Part shown: positions 1-14,732 of the stretch, in pieces
Numbering within the stretch: the first letter of the stretch is position 1
Layout: every line of letters begins with the position of its first letter
Assembly: GCA_951406725.2 (NCBI GenBank)
Contig: OX597815.1
Coordinates: 178,002,001-178,066,000, forward strand
Direction: 5' to 3'
DNA from: Octopus vulgaris
Lineage: Eukaryota
DNA: 64,000 nt
The notes under the pieces: generated by a model
The model's database searches: none
What the model was told of the DNA's origin: nothing
Seen by the model: the letters and a program-made list of their open reading frames with translations, nothing else
Position numbers and translations under genes: made by a program

Positions 1-185
1 GTTTTGTATTGACCACAATAATTGATAAAATAGACTTCATCTTTCTAGCCCACCTTATATCTTTCTTCGTACCAAGGAGAAAAGTCCGTCTGTTTTTTTT
101 TTTATTCTATTTTTATTTTAAAAACTACGATATTCAACATGTTGGAGTTCGGCTTTAACTGCACTTTCTCCCTCTCTCTGTCTTT

Positions 186-211
186 ATATAGATATATATA
201 TATATATATAT

Positions 212-263
<52 letters not shown>

Positions 264-268
264 TTATA

Positions 269-313
<45 letters not shown>

Positions 314-317
314 TATA

Positions 318-354
<37 letters not shown>

Positions 355-367
355 TTATATGCATATA

Positions 368-401
<34 letters not shown>

Positions 402-437
402 CTGTACTTATATGTATATATATACATACATACACAC
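186..437. repeat. compound (TA)n microsatellite
   Basis: Long TA runs interrupted by repeated CTTATATGC. Many similar TA/TATG/CA/TATC tracts occur throughout the window (e.g. 2220-2460, 4695-4965, 14150-14430, 15510-15950, 16345-16635, 50090-50990) and account for most predicted ORFs. Confidence 0.95.
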
Positions 438-2218
438 AGTATATTTGTGCGGCGATTAAGACTGAACACATGTAAATGGAGTCTCGCCAGCAGTTGTATC
501 CATGTCTCAGCTCTCCCCTAAAAACACACTGCTTCAAAGCGGGATACACCAATTAATATATTTTACACCTTGTTGGCACCTGTTCCTTTTCGGCTACGTG
601 TTTGTATAATAGGACGTAATATTGATATTCGTTGCAAAACAGGATGCTAAAAATTTATAAAAAGTAAATTATTGTATATTTATATCGCAATGAAGCGAAT
701 CACTAAACACACCAGAAAATTAATATTTGTAAGAGTTGCCAAGAAAACGTTAACTTCATAAAAATGATGCATGCAGTTTACTTAACGACGAAATTCTGTG
801 AATTTATAAGCAATGAGTTGATGTTTAGTTTTTGAAGGTACACCGTTACCAACGATAATGACTTCAACCAGAAATGAAATATATAACACACATAGCTAGC
901 TGTTCTTTCTTTAACCGGACATATATTGTGTAACTATGCGTAAACGTTTATATTTGTCGTAATACAGAACGTAGTGACAGTTTACAACCTATGGATACAT
1001 TTTACACTTCGACAAGGTGTCGTGCAGTGGGACCGAACTCAAGAGAGAGTGGGGGAAGGGATTAGGCAGAGAGAGAAGAAAGGAAGAGGTATATAAAGAG
1101 TCACAAATCTGCTCAGCTGGATTCCTCTTATAGCCACCCTTTAATCCGCGGGATTGGTTCTCGGTAAAGGTTTCGGAGTGTATGTTCAAATCATTTGAGC
1201 GTTGAAATGTTTTCTATACTGAGAATTTTTCAATGTTATCTCGCGATGTGTATGTGTTTTCTTATACGCCAAATTTTCTGCAGGAAATGATTCCGATTAT
1301 TAAAGAAAACTTTTAAAGAATATCACAGACCAGGCAACAAAACTCGCCTCGGAATCAACTAGAATGATAGATATCGATATTTCACCAATATTTTGGCTAA
1401 TAACAATCGTGTACCCGGATCATCTCGAAACAAACTGAACCGCAAATATCAGTCCAGATGCGCGTCTAAGATGGCGTCCCAGTCATCCACTAATACTAAT
1501 GAGACAGACTTTCCCACCAACAAACGTTAAAAAAATTTAGCCGCCATGCACTTGTCGGAAAACAAAGACGGCATCTAATGTGAACGAATCCCCTTTGCTG
1601 TTGCCAGCATCCAGAACCAACAACTTACCCTCCGGTTCCAGAAAGTTTGGCCTTGTCGCGAGGCTCAGACCTTTTCGGAACACCACCGTAACTCCACTTC
1701 CTGTTCCAGGCCGGCTATTTCAGAGTGTCAAAAATCGGCACGAAACGACGTTTTTCGGAAATCTTAGTCTCCCTGATGGGTAGAACATCCAAAATCGAGT
1801 GACTAGAGTTCATTGAGCAGGTGGATCCCAGTCAACGTGTATTCACTCATCCTATTCTCATGATAGTAAGAGAGAAAGAAAAAGATGTAACATCTACTTC
1901 AGCGATTATATTGTATGGCTAACGGGAGCGTACGCCTGCTTGGGGTATCTTGGGGGAAGTTTTACAAAACCTGCCCGTGTCTTTAACTGGGGCAGTCTCT
2001 ACATCATATGGGAAATCTTCTATTATTATTCTATGTTTTGAGGGAGAGCCCAATCATTTGTACTTTATCAATGACTGAAATCTTGCCCTGGTTTAAAGGC
2101 TCTGCTTCCTTTTCTGTGTTCTCCATTTTGTGCCATAAACCCCAGTAGATTTTGATTTCGTCCGGATTATCAGGAAGTTGGATAGCTGTTCCTTCGTATA
2201 TTTCTGTGGAGTTTTATG

Positions 2219-2294
<76 letters not shown>

Positions 2295-2412
2295 TGTATG
2301 TATGTATGTATGTATGTATGTATGTATGTATGCATGTATGTATGTATTTATGTATGCATGAATATATATATATATATATATATCGGTAATATATAAAACA
2401 TTAGCATATATG

Positions 2413-2461
<49 letters not shown>

Positions 2462-3339
2462 TTACATACATATACACGCACATACATTGTGATGTGTGTA
2501 TATGTACATGGTTGTAGTGTTGTGTCTCTATTCGCATGTCCGTGTGTGAGTGTGCATTTATTTCACTACGTTGTTTTAGCAATAAAAACTATCATTTTCA
2601 ATATCTCCAGCAAATTTTCTAATATCAATCACTTCTTATGATCCTTCTGTTTGTTTTTATCTTTAGTTTTTTTAGTTCTTCTTTAGTAATACTTATTTTA
2701 TTATGTTTTATATTACGTACTGCGCTTTGGCCTCCATATTATAATAATTTACTGAAAATTATTCGTCACATAAATATGATGTACAATGCTTCTACCCAGT
2801 AATAAATTCATAAGCCATAATTTCTCCTGTGTACTTCTATATCACAATATACAGCTAACATCAAAATAGTCAATAACCTAACAGCTTATTGGTTTGTATT
2901 TCACGTTCTAAACTTGGCAGCGTTTCACGAGAGAGAGCTTGTTTGCATCAAATATATGTTTATTAACATATGAGAAATATATGAAACGAATGCATATTTT
3001 TTTCTTATTTTTGACAGGTCTGGTTTTTCATAAGTTAATATAAACTCTGACAAAAGAGATAATCGTTATAATGAAGTGTTAGTTCGTGGTTCACGAATTC
3101 CTCTCAGCTGCTGACTCTTCCTACTATTTCGGACAGGATATTTTTTTAAAAACTAGTTGGTGGAAATCACCCACAAAACCTATTGTGAAAAGCAAGTATT
3201 GAATAGCAAAGTAGAGTCTACGCAATAAATTTCAATTAGAATTACTCCATTAGCGACAGCGAATAAATGCTGGAAAGACGTCAAATATTAAATTGGTGAA
3301 GATTATTCATTATGCAGTGTTTTACAGAGGGTGTCTTGT

Positions 3340-3720
3340 TTTTCCTTCCTACACCTTTCTGCGATACACCGGACACGTGATCAGGGATATTTCCAGTGGG
3401 GTGGAGCATTAGGTGTTTTAGGTCTCTCAACATCGGACACCCTCACCCAAGCGAATGAGCCGGGTCATTCAAGCCCCAGCTTTTGTAAGGTTAGTAGTAT
3501 TCTGCAGTCCTGATAGATTCAGGTCTCGCAGCTCTTCATCCTCAGCGGCCATGAGGCAATTTCTGCGGCCTCCATAGCCAAACTGATGGCCCTCTAACTA
3601 CTCGCCCTAACAAGTCAGTAGAAATTCCAATTTCCCTCTGCCTCATAAGCTTGCGTGGTGTAGATGGAGATGCAAGACCCCAGAATAACCAGACAGATAA
3701 AGATTTGCCGTGATCAAAAC
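3340..3720 (-). pseudogene. possible decayed LINE APE-endonuclease fragment
   Basis: Relatively GC-rich island. Minus-strand translation gives LVILGSC (cf. LVIxGDFN) and IPDHV (cf. SDH) in the expected order, broken by stops and frameshifts. Confidence 0.25.
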
Positions 3721-4721
3721 GAATGTGATATAATAAATTAAAATGATTGTGAGTGCATGTATGTAAGTGAGTGTGTAAGTGTGTGAGTGTGTATGTGTGT
3801 GTTCCGTGGATCATTGAAGCATACAATAAATGAACAGTGAACTATCCAACTTAATAACCAGAGGGCAGGATGTCCAGCCAGATCGGTAGTGAATCTAGTT
3901 GTGTTCGGTGATGGACGAGTTGTAATCAAATGTGAGAAAACTCTATTCAGATTAGTTCATAACAGTAGAACAGAAGTAAACAATGTGAATTTTTGGCCAA
4001 ACGGGTTTTAACAACGTTTTGATTTTGGACGAGTGAACAGGGACGACATTGCGTAAATGTAGATTTCGTCAGACGTTATGATACGAGCACGGTAATATTT
4101 TATAACCAATATGTTTTTTTTTTCTTTTTATCGATCTACATTGACGTTATACAGAGGGGCAACGTTTTCATATATATCTATCGTATAAACGATTGGTTAA
4201 AGACTTTAGTTACGTAGTGTTGTGAAGAATAGCATTGAAGCAATTTATTGATAAGAGATCAAGAACATTAATGGAGCTAGGTGCCAAGAGTGTGTTTAGA
4301 ATGATGCAAATCAGCCTTATTTTCTTAAGCCTTTCAAAACCGAGTTTATAAGCTGTGTCTTTTTCAGACTGTTATATCGGTTGCTCGGTCTATAATGAAT
4401 ATCTACAGAGCAATATCAGATATGTGATGCGAAGCAAACACCAGTAAATACTCCAGATCATCCGAGAATTGTCTCTGTTAAATACAGACTTAAAATGCAA
4501 AAGGTTTGATAATGAGCAAGATTTGCATAAATAATTTGGATGGTAGGTAAATTTTGTATGGCATTAGGAGAAGCGCGAATTAAGATTTAATAGGTATTCT
4601 GAAAAGTTAGTAATTATAAAATAATCAAACATCTTGAAGTGTTGCGCCTTAAAAAAAGACAACATTATTCCAATTTTTATAATACAAACACACATACATA
4701 CATACATACAGATATACATAC

Positions 4722-4767
<46 letters not shown>

Positions 4768-4768
4768 G

Positions 4769-4819
<51 letters not shown>

Positions 4820-4928
4820 GTGTGTTTGTGTGTGTGTGTGTATATATATATACACATATATATGTGTGTATAAATATATATAGTCAGTTAAGTATTTGAA
4901 TATAGTTAGTCACATATGAGCTAATATA

Positions 4929-4966
<38 letters not shown>

Positions 4967-6366
4967 GTACACAAAATACACGCACATATGTATACAAGCA
5001 TAAAATACATCTAAATATATATGCATGTAAATGTATGCATATACATATATATATCTATATATATATATATATTTATATCACCTACCGTACAAACGTTTAT
5101 ACAATATATACATAAGCATCAAAGGAAATGCACACATATTCATAAGGTAATTGGGCGTAATTGTGTGATGTATGTGTGCATGCGTGTGCGTATGTATGTA
5201 AATGCGAGTGCATTTGCGTATATAAAATAAATTGTTGATGTTTTTACAACGTATATTGAAAAATTCGAGTTTATATTATTCTCCATCGATTTGATTTTTA
5301 GTGTTAGAGATGTCTGTGTTTATTTTATTTATTCCTCTTTATTTTATTATTATTTTTGGACAAAATGCATGCATAGTATTAAGTTTGAATAGACATTTAT
5401 TTGAACATTAACTTGCAAGCGAAGCTTCCTTGCACATCAGAAATGAGACATAAGATATTATTATTATTAGAATCTAAATAGAAGCAGATAAAAAAGAAAC
5501 CGATCAAACAAGCTTACACAATTCCTCTCAAATCTTATTGAATGACTGACGCATTTTAGATATGGCCTCAAGCTATCTATTCACAAAACGCGTTTATTCA
5601 TGTGAAAATTTTCTCTTGTGAATTTGTATGTTTTTCTGTGTTTAGCATAGGTGCGTTTATGGCTTCAGTTACGATAAATGATCATTGAAATATGTAAAAT
5701 TTTCTCACCTTTTAGATTCACCTTAATTTATTTTGCTACCTCTTTTATTCAAACTCAGCATTACTTACAATATACAAATAATCTCTTATTATCTGAATAT
5801 AAACATTGGGAGTTTTTTTTTTTACAACTTATGCTCATATATACATACATGCACGCTTTCATGCATAGATACATATATGTATATATGTGTGGGTGTTTAA
5901 ATATGTATGTATGAATAGTATATGCATACAATCACACATGTGTGTGGATGTATGTTTGTAATATGCGTGTGTATGTTTGTGTGTGTATGTTTGTGTGTGT
6001 GTGTGTGTTTGTGCGCGCACGATACAACAATATAAATCTGCATAATTGTATGTCTACATGAAGCACCGTGGTTGGGAGAATCTGTGGGGTATTGTCTAAA
6101 TGGAAAGCTTTTTAAAATAATCAGGTCCATATTATGTGTCATTGAAAGTATATCATGTTGAAAACGACATATTTACCATGTAATTTCTTGTCGCAAACTT
6201 AATTCGAAACGCAGCATATAATTTACCGTAGAAATTTTCACAGTAAATAAACACATTATATGTAAATATAGAGGAAATTAGTAACATTTGTATACATAAT
6301 TTTTGTAGTGTGGAACAAAGTATGGTACGCTGGACGACAAAACTTGTAATATTTCGAGTTGAAATA

Positions 6367-6710
6367 AGGCGGTGTGCTGGCAGGATCGTAAGCGACATTT
6401 CGTCTGCCTTTACGTTCTGAGTTCAAATGCCACCGCGGTCAACTTTGCCTTTCATCGTTTCGGGGTCGATTTGCTAGTGGAGTACTGGGGTCGATTCAAG
6501 GCCCCCTGAATTGCTGATCTTGTGTCAACTTTTAATAACTCAATATTTCCCGTTCAAATAAGGTTGTGAGCTGGCAGAATCTTTTGCATGCCGGCATTTC
6601 GTCCGTCTTTACGTTCGGCGATCTAATTCCGCCGGGTTCGACTTTGCCTTTCATCCTTACAGGTTTGTCAATATAAATACCTGTCAAATACTGGGGTTGA
6701 TGTAATCAAG
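6367..6710 (+). mobile_element. two tandem copies of SINE-like family C
   Basis: Both copies show GCTGGCAG(G/A)ATC..., GTTCAAAT/CGCC..., ACTTTGCCTTTCATC..., TACTGGGGT(C/T)GAT, matching the copy at 61719-61930. Confidence 0.8.
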
Positions 6711-6849
6711 CATTTTTTTTTTTTTTCCATTTTTACAATTCATATTCACTAAACAGTGAAGATATCAAAATAACAATTCAGTTGATATTTTTCTGAACGC
6801 CAAAGATAAAAAGAAAGAAAGACAGAAAAAAGAAAGTCGGGGATATATG

Positions 6850-7900
6850 AGCCTTATTTGACTTGTTCTGGATGTAGGAGGTTGACGCAGAAGCGTGGAG
6901 GTTGTAGGCCCCTGTCCAAATTGCTAGGGGTATTTTTTATTGTTTAGCTGTAGATCTAACCTACGATGGAAGACATATTGTCGACGTTTATCTACTCTCA
7001 CGTAGATTATCTTCAGTTACATTCAAATATATACAGTTTGCTGGATGGTAGGGTGCTATTCAATAGGATTTGTGACCATGACTATTTCGGTCTGGGTATG
7101 AAGCTGAGATTGAATTGTGACGACATATACGTACCTACATATATTCCAGGAGGTTATTCACATCCTTATGTGCATGCATGTTAAAATGAATAGGTGAGAG
7201 CAAAGACGTTTTTGAAACTCCACTCGGAAAAATTGCTGATTTTAGCTATGATGAGATTGTGATGTTTATTAGAGAGGGATTGCTCATTTTGGATGCAAAT
7301 GGAGGAGAGTAAAGATTTACTGAAGTTACGATTGTTTATGCGGATTTTCGTTGTTGTTGAAGCATCTAATGCAAACCTTTTGTATTGAGAAGTGTGAAGT
7401 GTGAAGTGGCCTGATATTGTGTTTTGGAGATGAGAATGTTTTGGTTTCAGAGTGAAGTTTGTGTGAATCAAATTTGCTTGTGTTCCTAGCCGTAAAAAAA
7501 TGTTTTGAATCTCCATATTTCTTGTGTAGTGTCTTGTGGAAGGAGGCACTGGAAACCATAGTTCTGATGGATATTACGCATTCTCTGTTCGTGTCTTTTA
7601 TGTACAGTTATTCATATTATCGAAGTGCAATTTGTAAGGTTGTAATTTTCTTTCCTGTATAATAGATAGCATTTTGCGGTGAAGTGATATTTCAGAAAAG
7701 GTGCTCAGGCAGTTAGGATTTCTTCGCAATTTCAATGTTGTTTGCATAATCTTTATTATTTTCACTGTTGTTGTGCATGTTAAGTGTGATTTGCGAGAGT
7801 TTAGTTTGCCGGAATAATGACGACAGGTGGGAAACATCTGCTATTTCTTCCTAACTTGGGATTTGAATGTTGTTTAATGTAAATGGTGATGTCTTGATGT
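6850..7900 (-). pseudogene. possible decayed Penelope-like ORF, N-terminal region
   Basis: Minus-strand translation near 7090-7120 gives QFNLSFIPRPK, resembling the GLNFIPxP motif upstream of PLE RT. Surrounding overlapping ORF fragments are basic and His-rich. Confidence 0.35.
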
Positions 7901-8225
7901 CAATATTTATATGGGGGAGAGTATTGTTGCAATGGAATTATCTTTCGTAGAAATTGCCATCGAATTTGATTCAATCGTTCCTTCATAATCACACCAGGTT
8001 AGATATTTACTCACAAGACTTCTGATGGTACGAACATGAACGAAAATATATTACCGAAAGTGATGTTTTCCGTAACAAGATCCTATAATATCTTTCGTAA
8101 TTCAGTACAGAGAAATATTTTTAAAGGATATTATATAGTTTGAGAGGCATTCAGACACTGTTACTCTTTGGTAACTCCATTGCGTTATATAAGACGCATA
8201 TACACATACACACAAACACACACAC

Positions 8226-8293
<68 letters not shown>

Positions 8294-8329
8294 CCGTACC
8301 TTTGCATATGTATTATATATATAAGGATT

Positions 8330-8482
8330 TTGGCTTCCGTATAATAAATCGATTCACAAGGCCTTGGTTTGGCCCTAGCTATAGTAGGGGATAACTGCAC
8401 AAGATGTCATGCAATGGGACTGAACCCAGGACAATGTGGTTTCGGAGCAAGCTTCTTACCAGCCCCCCACCGCTGCGCCTAT
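8330..8482 (-). mobile_element. SINE family B, 5' part
   Basis: Matches the head of the 35625-36036 copy (GGGACTGAACCC, CTTCTTACC, CTGCGCCTAT). Confidence 0.8.
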
Positions 8483-8503
8483 ATATTTATAAATATATAA
8501 CAA

Positions 8504-8577
<74 letters not shown>

Positions 8578-8589
8578 CATATATATATA

Positions 8590-8624
<35 letters not shown>

Positions 8625-8815
8625 TCAAAATAAGCAACAAGGCTATCCAAGGTAGAGTAGTACAATTGTTTAATGCTAACAATTGTACTACACTACCTTG
8701 GATATCCTTGTTGCTTATGTTGATTATAATCACCCCGTGGATTTATATGGATAATACCATACAAAATTCTGGTGCCTTTGACTTAAGTACCATATTCATC
8801 TGAATCTAAACTTTG
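8625..8815 (+). mobile_element. fold-back PLE-type terminal repeat fragment
   Basis: 46-bp inverted arms (8625-8670 / 8678-8723) followed by AATTCTGGTGCC...ACTTAAGTACC...ATTCATCTGAAT, homologous to 28323-28480. Flanked by (TA)n. Confidence 0.7.
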
Positions 8816-8821
8816 CTGAAG

Positions 8822-8858
<37 letters not shown>

Positions 8859-8876
8859 TGTCTCTCTGTATGTATG

Positions 8877-8917
<41 letters not shown>

Positions 8918-8928
8918 TATGTGCGTCT

Positions 8929-8973
<45 letters not shown>

Positions 8974-9719
8974 TGACTTATATTTTAACTAAATATATAC
9001 AGAGATAACTATAAACAGAAGACTTTTGAATGAAATATACGCAATTAAGGATATCCTGGAAAGCAAATGGTTTTGTGACAAACATCACAAAAGTTTTGAT
9101 TTTTTTTATCATGTGAAAATGTTATGAAAAAAGTGTATGATTGCTTAGTAGAAGTTAGTTCAAACTAACGCTTTCTAACAATGTACATATGAACGGGTTG
9201 ACTCTAATGGTATAAATACTGCACAAAAGTAAATCAAATTTATTTTATTTGAAATTTATGCATTTGTTCTGTTATCCATAGATACACACACATGCGCACA
9301 GAGACTCACATACGATTCATCGGTAAATTCAGCGGATAGCTTTAAAAAGGTCATTCTTTGATGTAATTCAATATGATATTGATAGGAAGACATCATACAC
9401 ACATAAATTGCGATACCTTATAATGATGCAAATCAACGAAGGTAGCAGAAATCGGCTCACATATAATGTATGTATAGTGGTATAGGTCTCGGCCAGTATC
9501 GACCTACACTCTATGTACTAGCTGGCTGAATATATATATATAAATGCATATATGTGTGCAGCATTAATGTGTTAGATATATACATACATATATACATATA
9601 TGTGTGTGTATGTATGCATACGTGAATTCAGCATGCACACATATATATTCAAACTTGTGATCGTAGATGGCTTTATTATACATGTTAGTCTCTCTCTCTC
9701 ACTCTCACTCTCTCTCACT

Positions 9720-9760
<41 letters not shown>

Positions 9761-9766
9761 TATACT

Positions 9767-9804
<38 letters not shown>

Positions 9805-9810
9805 TATACT

Positions 9811-9862
<52 letters not shown>

Positions 9863-9879
9863 TATATATATATATATCC

Positions 9880-11020
9880 AAAAAATGGGGGTGCGTCGCG
9901 CTCCAATGGATATTTCAAAAGTTACACAGAGAAGGTAGAAGTAAACGAAAACAGGGCGAAAATATAACAGACCGAAAAGGGAAACAAAAACAAGGTACAA
10001 GTATTATTCGCTGCTAATTTTCTTATCAAATGGTTTCCGAGCAATGTTATTCTGTACTGTCGTCGCGCTTATTCCACAGCCTTTTCCAGTAGCTCTATCC
10101 TCTGGCGCTCCTGTTGATAATAGTGGTGTTGGTTTTAAATAGCGTGGAACCACAAAGACGTCTCGGAAATCAACAGCTGAGAAAATCATCTACGGATGTT
10201 CCTTCTATCGTGTTTTTGTCTCCACTTTCTGTCCGTTATGTTTTCACCCAGTTTTCGTCGACTTTTCTCTTCTCTGTCTAACTTTTGAAATATTCATTGC
10301 AGTGCATCGCAATCCCGTTTGTTTACTTAACTGTAAAAAATATTCCCTGGATATTTCTAGTGTGACTCTAAGCTCTTTCTTCTCCTCACAGTTCTTCGCT
10401 CTCTTTTTTTTCTTTTCTCTCCCCCTCCTGTCCTCTCTCCGTTCCTATCTCTTACTCTTCTGCCTCTCACTTTCCCTCTGTCATTCCTCGGTCCTTCACC
10501 ACACTTCCTCTCTCCTACCATGTGACAGGTGTCCAGTCAAAGCATGTCGTTCTCTTTCGGATCGCTGCCGCTAACCAAACCAGTCACTTTTGTATTGTCC
10601 GTCAAGTACTTTTTGCATGTTTTTGCGCTACTTCACTATGTCTGTCTTGTTAGCCGAAAAGGCTTTTTCTGTTTGTATTGCATTGTTTTAGTCCTGTATA
10701 CGTACAGTTATTCCTTACGCTCATTGTACAGCCATAGGGCATTTTCTTTTGTATATGTACCATTACTTGTCTGTTATATCTTTAAATTGCTTCTTAGTAC
10801 ATGCGTAATATTATTTTGTCCTGCCCTCGCACACATTCCTCAGCCTTTTCCTGCAGCTCTTTGTTCTGGCACTCCCACTGATAACAGTGGTCTTTGTTTT
10901 AAATAGCATGGAACCACTAAACGTCTCAGAAAACAACTGAGAAAATCAGCTGCAAATGTTCCATGAATCGTTTTTTTTTTTTTCGCTTTTTTGTCCGTTA
11001 TGCTTTCGCCCAGTTTTCAA
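9880..11020 (+). repeat. diverged inverted plus direct repeats, PLE pseudo-LTR-like arrangement
   Basis: 9880-9995 is the reverse complement of about 10210-10322. About 10050-10256 is directly repeated at about 10815-11018. Confidence 0.7.
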
Positions 11021-12395
11021 AGAACATACAGGAGGTACTCTCGTCACGTGTCAGGAGTTTTACACCACACTGATAATCTCAGGGACATTTTTCCTGTCAC
11101 AATTTGTTGTATTCGCCATTCGTTATACCTTATATTTCTTGTATTTTTAAATGCAGAACCTAAGCGAAGTCGAATCAGAACATATTCTTTTAAAGTAGTA
11201 GACAGATCCCACTGAGTGGACACATAGACATATGAGCAAATAATAATTCTCCCAAATTTCAAGCCTTCACAGTTATCGATTGTTCAGTACCTCAGACCAA
11301 GCACAAATAAAGAAAGAACGTATATTCCTACAAAAATGCAAACGGAGACTGAATAAACTTTAACAGCCGACATTCCCCGACAGCTATTCTCACACACAAA
11401 GGAATTCTACTGCTTGAAGTGTTCAATTTATACAGCTAACTACGTAAACTTTGGATACAATCATGTCTATTCCCCGTATGGTACTAACGCGCAAACTTAG
11501 TGGAGAACCGAATTTTATGCCTCTGGGCAACACAGGAACAACTCTTCTCCCCTCTACCACTTCAATATTTATATTTAGTGAGATTTTATTGTTTGAAACT
11601 GTTACGAGACATGTTCACTCAACCGCAACGTCTTTAACTTAACGGAGGCAAACATATTGGTATATGATATTGAGGAACGCAGAACTTGCAAAAATTTCTA
11701 AACCTAATCACGTGATCATTTTTAGCTAATCAATCGTATCCCAAAAAGATACTGATTTGGAGAATGTTCTGTCTATAAATAAAAGCAAGCCATTTTTTAA
11801 TATCCAATCAGAAGCATGACAGTTGCCGGATACATAGTTCTATGTTTTTCTATCGCCATTTTTTGAAAATCAAATATGCGAAACTGTCTTTCAAAAATTT
11901 TTGAATAAGATTTATATTATAGATATATATTCGTGTGAGAGTATATGTATGTATTACGTCTGTGTGTATGTATGTTGTATTATGTGCGGTGTATGTGTGT
12001 GTATATATGTATGTATTATGTATGAATGTATGTATGTGCGTGTGTCTGTGCATGTATGTACGTATAAGCGAAATTTAGGTTACTTAAAATGTTTGTGGTA
12101 ATATCAGCTTCACTTCTAAAGGCAAATATACTGCAGTTAGCGTGGAGACAAAAAAGTCTTTCTTATGGTAAAAAGATGTAAAAACACCATATATGTCAAC
12201 TACTGCCCTCCATCTGATTGCCACACGCGTTTGTAGTTCTTTAGCCGTATCGATGAGAAATACCAAAGAGAGGCAACTCTGGACAGACTTACTAAAAACA
12301 GAATCAGCGCCAAGGAGTTTTACCTTTAGAAGTTGAAATGTATATCAATCATATTTTAACTAACCTTAAGATCGCTTATGATTAAACATTAAATA

Positions 12396-12444
<49 letters not shown>

Positions 12445-12999
12445 CATATATATATAAATGTACATAGCTAACATAAATATATATATGTATATACATATAT
12501 ATATATACATGAATATATATACAGATATATCTATAGAGAGAGAGAAAGTGTGTGTGAGAGAGAGAAAGTGTGTGTGAGAGAGAGAAAGAGTACACACACA
12601 CACACACATATATATATATACACTCACTCTCTCTCTTACTCTCTTCCCACTATCACGTGGCCATTCACATCTCTCTAATTCACTTCCTTTTCGCATGACC
12701 GTTGACTCGCTCAGTCATTGACCTCTCTGCTGCTACACTTTCCGTATACGGTTTCTTTTCTTCGTCTTTCGTTTTGACTTTCTCTCTCTTACTTATTTCC
12801 AGTCCTACAGGACGTTTTCGTTTCCCTTTGCGTTGCACCATATCTATCCCTCTGGCACCGCACCGTCCTTTTTCCTGGTATGTGTATAACTATTTTATTT
12901 CGTCGTATTTATTTTCGTCATTGTCCTGCACGTTCGTTAGCTATTCCCATCGACTTCTCACCACCGGTGCCATCAAAAGTATATAATATCATCGTTAAA

Positions 13000-13202
13000 G
13001 TCACAAAATCGTAATGCTCTACCAACATGCTCAGGCAGAACATGGAGTCTCGATTAATGGCATAGAGGTTCAAGAAGTATCGACACATACAACTCATCCG
13101 ACACTTAGACAGATAACACAGGCTATACACATTACAATACACAGACCGAGCCTCAATAGAAGGCACGAATGGAAGAGTAACACCCACTACCACACCACAT
13201 GA
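13000..13202 (+). pseudogene. Penelope-like GIY-YIG endonuclease C-terminal remnant
   Basis: LYQHAQAEHG...PTLRQITQAIHITIHRPSLNRRHEW matches the H..H...RxIxEAxxI...PxLNxxxE tail of PLE GIY-YIG domains. Confidence 0.65.
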
Positions 13203-14163
13203 CTAAAGGCAGAATGGGGGAGAAGAGAGAGAGAGAAAAAAATCATAAGTAATACACAGAAAACTACAGGGTACTACACACACAATAGACATATATGCTC
13301 TTACCGGTGATACTTATGAGAAATAGAGACATCTCATCTCATCAAGGTCGTTCCATAAGACGCCCTAAATAAATATATAAAATAAATAAATATATAAATA
13401 TATAAATATATGTGTCACATACCTGTGATAAATATGATATAGAGAGAGATAAAATGCATAAATCAATCTATTTAAAGGGCATAGATACTACATGCGAGGC
13501 GAAACCATACACATACAAACACACGCACAAGATATTTCATGGACGGCCACAACAATGTCAACAACACGATTAACAACGACAGCAGCCGCGGTGAAAACGA
13601 TGCCAATAACAACAACAATCACGATGGCAATACTGTACGTGAACATACATCCACAGAGGTATACAGGAACTGTACCATATGTTCGGGTCTTAGGATAACA
13701 CAGTACAATGGGTGCGAGGATGGGGCTGAGGGGAAAGACCACACTGCTGCTAAAAGCTATGACACACACAAAAGCATACTCACAAACATACACAGATATA
13801 CGCGCGCACACACAGCACACACACACGCACGCAAACGAGGACACAAACGCATGCGCACATAAGAATACACATCTTAGAATAATAGAATAGAGTAAATAGA
13901 GCGAGAACACACAAGAAAACGAAAAAGTGTCGCTGTAGAGGTCTCAGACGTGTGACGAGAGATTTCCGGACAATGGACATAAATTAAAATGATAAAATAA
14001 GAACAGTAATAAACGAGTGAAGGAAAAATATATAGAGTGCGTGTGTGTTTATTTGGCAAAAATAAATGACCCACCTGAAATACAAAAATATCTGTTTCAA
14101 CACACGATTTCATCTCAGGAATCTTGGAAATTGAATTGACAAACGTGTACATACATATATATA

Positions 14164-14271
<108 letters not shown>

Positions 14272-14430
14272 TATAACTATCTATATATATATACATATAT
14301 ATACATATATCTATATATATATACATATATATATACATATATATACATATATCTATATATATATATACATATATCTATCTATATATATATATATTTATAC
14401 ATATATATACATATATCTATATATATATAT

Positions 14431-14732
<302 letters not shown>

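Noticed and set aside
1300-2170. Possible LINE ORF1 (gag-like) remnant on the minus strand (IIEDFPYDV...)
   Set aside because: Too fragmented and no intact zinc knuckle, so it cannot be supported by eye.
6975-7022. Minus-strand CUGAAGA with an AUCUAC/GUAGAU stem
   Set aside because: No GAAA after the stem and helix I does not pair.
8015-8070. CTGATGGTA...TACC-GAAA hammerhead-like trace
   Set aside because: Core incomplete, with no helix III or helix I pairing. At most a very decayed copy.
13539-13862. Asn-rich 107-aa ORF
   Set aside because: Low-complexity AAC/AC repeats with no domain or convincing splice signals.
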